Assembly: GCA_018304385.1 (NCBI GenBank)
Contig: JAGVWJ010000023.1
Location: 1-31,618 of the forward strand
Direction: 5' to 3'
Length of the DNA: 31,618 bases
DNA from: Candidatus Micrarchaeota archaeon
GTDB taxonomy: Archaea; Micrarchaeota; Micrarchaeia; Anstonellales; Bilamarchaeaceae
The notes under the pieces are model-generated. The model searched no databases. It worked only from the letters and a program-made list of their open reading frames with translations, and was not told the DNA's origin. Position numbers and translations under genes: made by a program. Below, piece after piece: positions 25,408 to 31,618 of this stretch. Position 1 is the first letter of the stretch. Each line of letters begins with the position of its first letter.

Positions 25408-25842
25408 TCAATCCTTTTCAATATAAGATAAAAGAACCCAAACTGGGAATAAAGAAACTCCTAAAACAAATACAAATGTTCCTAAGAGATAGCCTATGCC
25501 AAGAAAAAATAAAAATAGGGATTCAAATGATAAATTAGGTATTAGTATAGTGTAGCCCTTAAAACTGTCGAGGAAAGTAACAAGTACCGCACCAACAATA
25601 CCTGCAGTTATGTTCTCTAACATTCTCTGCAATCTATCTTTATCTTCTTTTTTATATCTAAGTATAAAATAAACCCCAATAAAGGCCAAGAGAAGCATAA
25701 AAACAATAAAAAGTGACCAAACAACAACCTCTTTTATTATTGGAAGATCTGCTGGGCCAAATATATATAATAAGACTAGAAGTGGAATACTGATTATCAT
25801 TAATAAAATATATTTACCTAGTTTTTGATTTGTTAGTTTCAT
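25408..25842 (-). CDS. Four-TM membrane hypothetical protein
   Basis: Four hydrophobic segments. Confidence 0.7.
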   Translation of the reverse strand: MKLTNQKLGKYILLMIISIPLLVLLYIFGPADLPIIKEVVVWSLFIVFMLLLAFIGVYFILRYKKEDKDRLQRMLENITAGIVGAVLVTFLDSFKGYTILIPNLSFESLFLFFLGIGYLLGTFVFVLGVSLFPVWVLLSYIEKD

Positions 25843-25926
25843 AAATAGGTATAATAAAGAATAATTATAAAGGTTATCAGGGTACTACCAAGATAATTAT
25901 ACGGCAGGTTCTCTATATTATTTTTA

Positions 25927-27162
25927 TTATGATTTTTTTAATTTTTTTGGGATGACACCTCCAGAGTATCTAGTATGATGAACCTCTTCATACCTCCCAT
26001 CTTCGTACTTCACATCAACTATTCTACCTTCTTGATCAAGATCGTAGCTTGGAACCTGCACATTTTTAGTAGGTGCAATTAGGGCTACGTTTAATGCTCT
26101 GGAAATAAGTGCCCCTACAGAGCGCTCATCTACCCCACTAGAACATGCAGCTAAGATAACTTTAGAATGTTGACCAAAATAATACTTTAAACTTTCTAAA
26201 TGATCCTCATCAGTAAGATCAAGTCTTCCCTTATCGCTCTTTTCACCTAGTAGAATTGATGTTGGGGCCCCATGTCCTGCAATTATAAGTGTATCTATCT
26301 CACCATATTTATTTGCAATAGCCGGAACAATATCATAAAACCCATCTTCAGAATCAGTTTCAGTAATAATTAGACGATAATGTTTTGTTAAATCTTCTAA
26401 CGTTACACCCAGATCGCTAAATGCCCCTATAGGGTCATTCTTGTTAGCTGTAACTAGTAATACTGGTTTTTTTGTTGGCAATTCTACTTGTGTGTTTGCG
26501 TAAACTTCTTCAAGAACCTTTTTTGAGTACCTCATGAAATATTCGATACCTAATTTCTTATGTAACTCTACTGTTTTATCGATACCAATAGCTTCAATAG
26601 CATAAGAAAAATTATAAAAAACGCGATCTTTATCACGACCAGATTGAATTAATTTATCTATAATTGAAATAAATTCAGCAAAAAATTTTTTCTGCTCATC
26701 GGTTGGTTTTTTGCTTAAGATGCCAACGCCACTTAATAGCTTGTCAAAATCGATACCTGCGTCAACTAAGGACTCTATTGTATTAGATTCTAACGGCGCG
26801 TCCAAATCTAAACGCTTTTTTACTAACTCTCCAAATTTTTGTCTATCAAAATTAAAATTTCCTGACTTGCTCCGATTCTGTACATATACATTAACAAGAA
26901 TAGCAGATGCTAAACCCTGGTATCCCTCACCAATTGAATTTTCAATCTGATTAGCAACATAACGTTCTGGCAGTATTTCGTACAATCTGAGCAATTTATT
27001 GAGCTCTCCTAATGCTTGTTTTACTTCATCGCTATTTAAAATTTTTCTAATTAGTTCTGGCCTTGTGATACCTGTACCACCTTTTAAACACGCCTTAAGA
27101 TCATTTTCAAGCATCCCGATAGTGTAGCCTGTTTTAGCTACTCTTTGAAAAGTTGTACCCAT
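25927..27162 (-). CDS. Hypothetical protein with C-terminal clan-CD (caspase-hemoglobinase fold)-like His/Cys dyad
   Basis: DTLIIAGHG and VILAACSSG strand-dyad motifs. Confidence 0.55.
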   Translation of the reverse strand: MGTTFQRVAKTGYTIGMLENDLKACLKGGTGITRPELIRKILNSDEVKQALGELNKLLRLYEILPERYVANQIENSIGEGYQGLASAILVNVYVQNRSKSGNFNFDRQKFGELVKKRLDLDAPLESNTIESLVDAGIDFDKLLSGVGILSKKPTDEQKKFFAEFISIIDKLIQSGRDKDRVFYNFSYAIEAIGIDKTVELHKKLGIEYFMRYSKKVLEEVYANTQVELPTKKPVLLVTANKNDPIGAFSDLGVTLEDLTKHYRLIITETDSEDGFYDIVPAIANKYGEIDTLIIAGHGAPTSILLGEKSDKGRLDLTDEDHLESLKYYFGQHSKVILAACSSGVDERSVGALISRALNVALIAPTKNVQVPSYDLDQEGRIVDVKYEDGRYEEVHHTRYSGGVIPKKLKKS

Positions 27163-27233
27163 AAATAATAGATGGTCCAAAAAAAATAAAAACTGATTAG
27201 TTGTTGATACTCTATTAGTAGTTTGATTTAAAT

Positions 27234-29339
27234 CTAATGGCTGGTAATTACGTCTTCTTTCAATCTAACAACAGTCCAAGAAGATGATTCTAATGCAGCT
27301 AAAATAGAAGGTTCGAGTCCGAATCTCTCACAGAATTTAGTTATATTCCCTAGTAAAAATGCATCAGAAGAATCCAACTCTCTGAATTGAACATCATATG
27401 GCTTTTGATGTGGTGGGTAGAAAAGTGCGCTAATCCTTCTTCTTGCAGGCTCATTATTAGCTAATTCTTCTTCAATAACTTGCAAATCAAGCGCATTCTC
27501 AAATAGCACGCCTGCTTGTGAACTTGTTATTAATCCTTCACGCGCCAGCTCTTTAATTTCTGCCTTTATCCTGCGCGCAGATGGAGATCTTCCAATATAT
27601 TCCCTTGGAACATTGCCACGTACATAAACTGTTCCGCTCATCATCCCTGTTGCTAAAAATCTACCAACTAAAGGTTGCATCTCTTCTTCATGGCCAATCT
27701 CACTAATACCCAGCACTGCGCCAATGCCGCCAGCAATCATTTTGAAACCATAAGTACCAATGCGCTCGCCAGCTAATGCAACCGGAGGTTGCGCATGTTT
27801 TTGTGAATGTCTAAGCTGTTGGCCGAAACGGGAATCTCCGCTTCCACGTACATAAAAGAACCCGCCTTGAAAAGCATTTGGAGTCATCATATCAACATTT
27901 CCATGTACTATTACACCTCGTGCACGGCTTGATTCAAATGCATTTGCCTGAGCAGAACTAAATATTTCATATGTACTTTCATCGCCCATTGAATATGCAC
28001 CTGTACAGTTTCCTGCAAGCCCATCTAATACTTTATCTGTATCATCTCTATCACCAGCAAACATATGTGGTTCTCCTCTTGTATTGAAAACAGATCTTCC
28101 ATTAGGCTTGGGTGGAGCAGGTACAACAATTGCTGTACGCCTTGTTCTTCCTGGGGCAATTATCCCCTCCCTTGAAGAAACCCAAAGAAACTGACCGGAA
28201 TCAAGAGAATATGATTCGACCTTTGGATCGCGTACACTTTTGCCTGATGCAATCTCTAGTTGGCGGTCCTCGCTGGCTGCATAAACAATTCCATCTTCTC
28301 TGTCAAACATTATGCGCAAAGGACGAAATTCATTTCTATCTCTAAATGCAAGCATTTGAACATCTTTATCTGTTGTGACTAAAACAATAGAAGACACTGG
28401 GCCATCAAGTTGCATGCCACTATAAGTAGTTAATAATTTTCTCATGCGATCCCGTTCCATTCCACGAGGTAAGGTTGCCAACGTATTATCAAATGGAGGC
28501 ACAAGCGTACTAACTACTGAAGGAATAGATAGACTTGCTCTTAATAAGAAATAAAATGGCGCAGCTATAACTTCTGCATCGCTTCCTACCCAACTTCTTC
28601 TTATAATTGGAATAAAATTTTCAAGCGCTTCATCACTTCCAAGTAAAGGATATAAATGTTCTGCGATTATTGCTTCTGCACGGCGCCTGTTCGCAATATA
28701 AGACTTAACATCTCCATTAAAGACCATTCCAACATTTCCAAAACAATGCGGATGCGCACGCGATGGTAATGGCCATGCACCAGTTGGATATCTCGCATGC
28801 GCAAGTATTGCCTTTGCCATAATTTTTGCTAATTGGTATCTAACAAAAAGATCTGTTAATGAATCTAAATCCTTAACTAGTATTTCATGTTTTCCTGAAG
28901 AAATCAGTCTGAGCTGATCAGGAGAGAACTGACCATTTAATTCTACAACAGCGCGCGTTATTCTTAAATCATCTGCAGCAAATGGAGCGCACCATATGCC
29001 TCTGCCTTCTGTGTTGTGAAGTTTTTCCCATGGGCCTGCACGCGTAATATCTGGATACGCACCAAGTAAATATGCAGCCCTTTCAAATAAATCTTGATCT
29101 TCTGCAAGAACTTCAATATTGTAATAACCATTGCCATTTTGCAAACTATCTGGATGACTTAAAAGAATTCCATTGCCCATTGTGCCTCCGCGGGCATCAC
29201 GCACTAATTCTATTGCGTCTTTAGCTTGCGTTGCTGCTACGAAGCCTTTGCCGCCTTGGATAGCAATAGCACCAAATATCGCGCATGCTGAAGGATCTTT
29301 TCGAATACTTCCATCTTTCTGAAATTGTAAGCGTGGCAT
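27234..29339 (-). CDS. Glutamate synthase: class II glutamine amidotransferase domain fused to GXGXG beta-helix domain (GltB1+GltB3)
   Basis: Short propeptide then Cys (SA|CAIFG), HARYPT, FNGD, RDRN..RP and ASE, followed by Gly-rich GXGXG repeats. Confidence 0.85.
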   Translation of the reverse strand: MPRLQFQKDGSIRKDPSACAIFGAIAIQGGKGFVAATQAKDAIELVRDARGGTMGNGILLSHPDSLQNGNGYYNIEVLAEDQDLFERAAYLLGAYPDITRAGPWEKLHNTEGRGIWCAPFAADDLRITRAVVELNGQFSPDQLRLISSGKHEILVKDLDSLTDLFVRYQLAKIMAKAILAHARYPTGAWPLPSRAHPHCFGNVGMVFNGDVKSYIANRRRAEAIIAEHLYPLLGSDEALENFIPIIRRSWVGSDAEVIAAPFYFLLRASLSIPSVVSTLVPPFDNTLATLPRGMERDRMRKLLTTYSGMQLDGPVSSIVLVTTDKDVQMLAFRDRNEFRPLRIMFDREDGIVYAASEDRQLEIASGKSVRDPKVESYSLDSGQFLWVSSREGIIAPGRTRRTAIVVPAPPKPNGRSVFNTRGEPHMFAGDRDDTDKVLDGLAGNCTGAYSMGDESTYEIFSSAQANAFESSRARGVIVHGNVDMMTPNAFQGGFFYVRGSGDSRFGQQLRHSQKHAQPPVALAGERIGTYGFKMIAGGIGAVLGISEIGHEEEMQPLVGRFLATGMMSGTVYVRGNVPREYIGRSPSARRIKAEIKELAREGLITSSQAGVLFENALDLQVIEEELANNEPARRRISALFYPPHQKPYDVQFRELDSSDAFLLGNITKFCERFGLEPSILAALESSSWTVVRLKEDVITSH

Positions 29340-29341
29340 AT

Positions 29342-31609
29342 TTATTTCCCCATAAAATTAACTCCCATTAATTCTCTAACATTGAGTGGCATTTCATCAG
29401 CGCGTAGTAAATCGCGATTACCAATAACACTAGAAATCATGCTTACCCCGCCTGCACCCATAAGAACCTGAGTCTCTACTTTGTAACCATCTAAAAGCTG
29501 TTCTGTATCTTCTCTTACCGCCTCGCCAGCAAAATCTAGTAATTTAGTGTTAACTACTGCATTTGATCCTAAAGCGCACATCATGTAAATGTCATCTGGA
29601 GTTCTTACATTTCCCTGTGCGATTACTGCGAGTTTTGATCGTAATATTTTTCCCTGATGAGATTTGTTACTAAGTAATTCATCTACAATTGGCACTGCTA
29701 ATTCAAGTGGCAACGCTGTCTCTGCACCTAATTCAAAATTTCTTATACCTATCTCGCCTTCAATGATTATGCCGCTTATTCCGCTTTTCGCAATAGCCAT
29801 AACATCTTCTTTTATTTTTCCTGTTGCAGGAACATTTGCATAAACTGGTCTATCAGTATAAGTTCTAACATATCTAACAAATTTCTGATCTGCTAATGTG
29901 TGTGGAATTATTATACCTGCAACATTTCTCAATACGTGCATATCCATATTTTCTACTTTTCGGTCTGCTTCTGAAATTTTTAAAATAACATTTTCTAATC
30001 TAGATAAAACATCCTTTTTTGTAGCTTGGTCACTTATTAATTCTGATAATAACTCGCTGCGCATTACAACTGCTGTTCTTCTGCTTGCTGCAGCTTTTAG
30101 AATTTCAATTGCGCCTGTCTTGGAGGTTAATGTTACCATCATTGGCATATCCAAACGAACATTGCCTGGTAGGCTTGTTACTGTTTCTACAGTATCTCGA
30201 TATACATCATAAGAAGGGCCAACTACGTGCCTACCTTCTATCATTAGTGCATCTAAGTAAGAATTAGGCTGGTCTAAATCATTTGTTCTTCCCATACTCC
30301 CTATTTCAATTGTACCAGTTTCTCTTAGATGTCTTATATGATCTAGTTGCCACGGATAAAATGGATCAGTAATGTCACGCGCCCAAAGCGCTCGAATTTC
30401 TGCTTCAATATCTGTATGATCTGATAATCGTTCTACTCCAAGTAATTCTGCTAATTCTGGATCTAATGCAATGCCTCTTAGTAAATCTCTTCTACCTACT
30501 GCATCACTATGTTTTGCAAAACCTAAGTAAGCATCATACGCTGCTAGCGCTTGACCGTAAGTGCGCATGTAGCTAGATAAAACATGTGTAGCCCATTCTG
30601 GATCAAGCCTGATTTGCGAACCATCACGTTGTCTATTTGCAGTTGTGACTAATGGTGGACATTTTTTATGGCATTGGTGAACCATCAAACAACCAGTTGA
30701 AATTAACACACCGCTTGCAGACATAATGGCATCTGCACCTAACAGCGTAAGCTTCATTGCTTTATCTGGTAAATATACACGACCTGCTGCAATAATCTTG
30801 AAATTTTCTGCTCCTTTTTCTCTTCTAATAGTATCTGCTAATGCAACTGCTAATTCAATTGGAATACCAAGTCTGTTCCTTAAAATAATTGGTGCTGCAC
30901 CTGTTCCTCCACCGCGACCATCAATAATTACTCCATCTGCACCTGCTTCAATTGCACCAGCAACTGTTGCAGCTAAATCATGCGTTGCAGCGCATTTGAT
31001 AAATACAGGCTTTCCTTTAGATGCCTTTCTTACAGAATGAACAATTTGTCTGACCTCTTCAACAGAGAATATACGATTTGCATCTGAGATATAATCAATG
31101 CCTTTGGGCATGCCTCTTGTTTCAGCCATTAAGTCTTCTATTTTATGCGCCTTAACATGGCCGCCAGCACCTGCCTTTGCTATCTGTGCCATTTTGACTG
31201 AGATTGCGATTGCATCTTGTAAAATCTCAGCAGTAATTCCAAAAACACCACTTGCAACCTGAACCATAATTCTTTTATGATGCCTTATCTTCGGGCACCA
31301 ACCACCTTCACCAATTCCAAAAACTAGTTTTAAATTTTCAGCAGCTTGCGCAGCTGCAATATGCTCTTCTTCAACTGTTGCACCATACGAGTGCTCACCT
31401 ATTATAGTTGGTTGAGAAAGCTCTAAAGAAGGCGCAAGCAGGGTTGTTAAAACAACATCATCAGGGGATATTATTCTTCGATCTTTGAGACCAGGTACAA
31501 CAATTAGTCTTTCTTCTACAGGGTATGGTGCTGTTGCAGGTTTTTCATCATGCAATGGCGCAAAACGAGATAAAAATTCTGGCGGATCAAACTCACCAGT
31601 TGTTGCCAT
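29342..31609 (-). CDS. Glutamate synthase FMN-binding subunit (GltB2) with a second degenerate barrel appended
   Basis: SYGA, GEGG, QVASG.FG, K..Q.AK.G.GGH, IDGRGGGTGAAP and Cys cluster CLMVHQCHKKC; then IGSMG..LD.L...P..D.YR..V...D.PMM begins a second copy. Confidence 0.85.
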   Translation of the reverse strand: MATTGEFDPPEFLSRFAPLHDEKPATAPYPVEERLIVVPGLKDRRIISPDDVVLTTLLAPSLELSQPTIIGEHSYGATVEEEHIAAAQAAENLKLVFGIGEGGWCPKIRHHKRIMVQVASGVFGITAEILQDAIAISVKMAQIAKAGAGGHVKAHKIEDLMAETRGMPKGIDYISDANRIFSVEEVRQIVHSVRKASKGKPVFIKCAATHDLAATVAGAIEAGADGVIIDGRGGGTGAAPIILRNRLGIPIELAVALADTIRREKGAENFKIIAAGRVYLPDKAMKLTLLGADAIMSASGVLISTGCLMVHQCHKKCPPLVTTANRQRDGSQIRLDPEWATHVLSSYMRTYGQALAAYDAYLGFAKHSDAVGRRDLLRGIALDPELAELLGVERLSDHTDIEAEIRALWARDITDPFYPWQLDHIRHLRETGTIEIGSMGRTNDLDQPNSYLDALMIEGRHVVGPSYDVYRDTVETVTSLPGNVRLDMPMMVTLTSKTGAIEILKAAASRRTAVVMRSELLSELISDQATKKDVLSRLENVILKISEADRKVENMDMHVLRNVAGIIIPHTLADQKFVRYVRTYTDRPVYANVPATGKIKEDVMAIAKSGISGIIIEGEIGIRNFELGAETALPLELAVPIVDELLSNKSHQGKILRSKLAVIAQGNVRTPDDIYMMCALGSNAVVNTKLLDFAGEAVREDTEQLLDGYKVETQVLMGAGGVSMISSVIGNRDLLRADEMPLNVRELMGVNFMGK

Positions 31610-31618
31610 TTTCCTTAT

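Noticed and set aside
111-31040. Numerous antisense or nested short ORFs in the track (e.g. 111-362, 906-1322, 2684-2917, 6152-6400, 7860-8234, 18998-19294, 22175-22411, 29898-30212, 30726-31040)
   Set aside because: Shadow frames of longer motif-bearing genes, with no recognisable motifs or RBS.
1-31618. CRISPR array, IS element, integrase or complete provirus
   Set aside because: No regularly spaced repeats, transposase, recombinase or virion genes seen; the 7-12 kb block is only accessory-like.

Overview
AT-rich archaeal chromosomal window. Archaeal origin rests on dph5, TATA/BRE-type promoters, GGTG-type Shine-Dalgarno sites and split archaeal-type glutamate synthase. A DPANN/Micrarchaeota-like lineage is only an inference. 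Housekeeping and stress genes include dph5, an HD protein, a GT4 glycosyltransferase, msrA, rhomboid, Mn/Fe-SOD, an RsmB/NOP m5C methyltransferase with a PUA partner, MGMT, HtpX, an AhpD/CMD protein, a SelB/EF-Tu-like protein, a DEAD-box helicase, a PLP aminotransferase, proline dehydrogenase and a rearranged two-gene glutamate synthase. An accessory block (~7-12 kb) holds a T4 Rnl1-like RNA ligase divergent from an RHH-PIN toxin-antitoxin pair, plus several tiny Zn-finger ORFs missing from the ORF track. The most notable unexplained signals are: (1) a ~260-nt promoter-led, highly structured RNA at 2150-2410 that I cannot assign to a known family; (2) the ligase/VapBC locus sharing a palindromic operator; (3) two secreted beta-barrel-like proteins in an archaeon; (4) twin promoters with TTTGTC-type inverted repeats driving a CxxC-x17-CxxC microprotein and a DEAD-box helicase, whose leader has mutually exclusive RBS-sequestering helices and whose 3' flank carries a K-turn/ribozyme-like element; (5) a GC-rich structured leader on the SelB-like gene. 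No tRNA, rRNA, CRISPR array, transposase or integrase was found. All family calls are from motif recognition by eye, not database searches.
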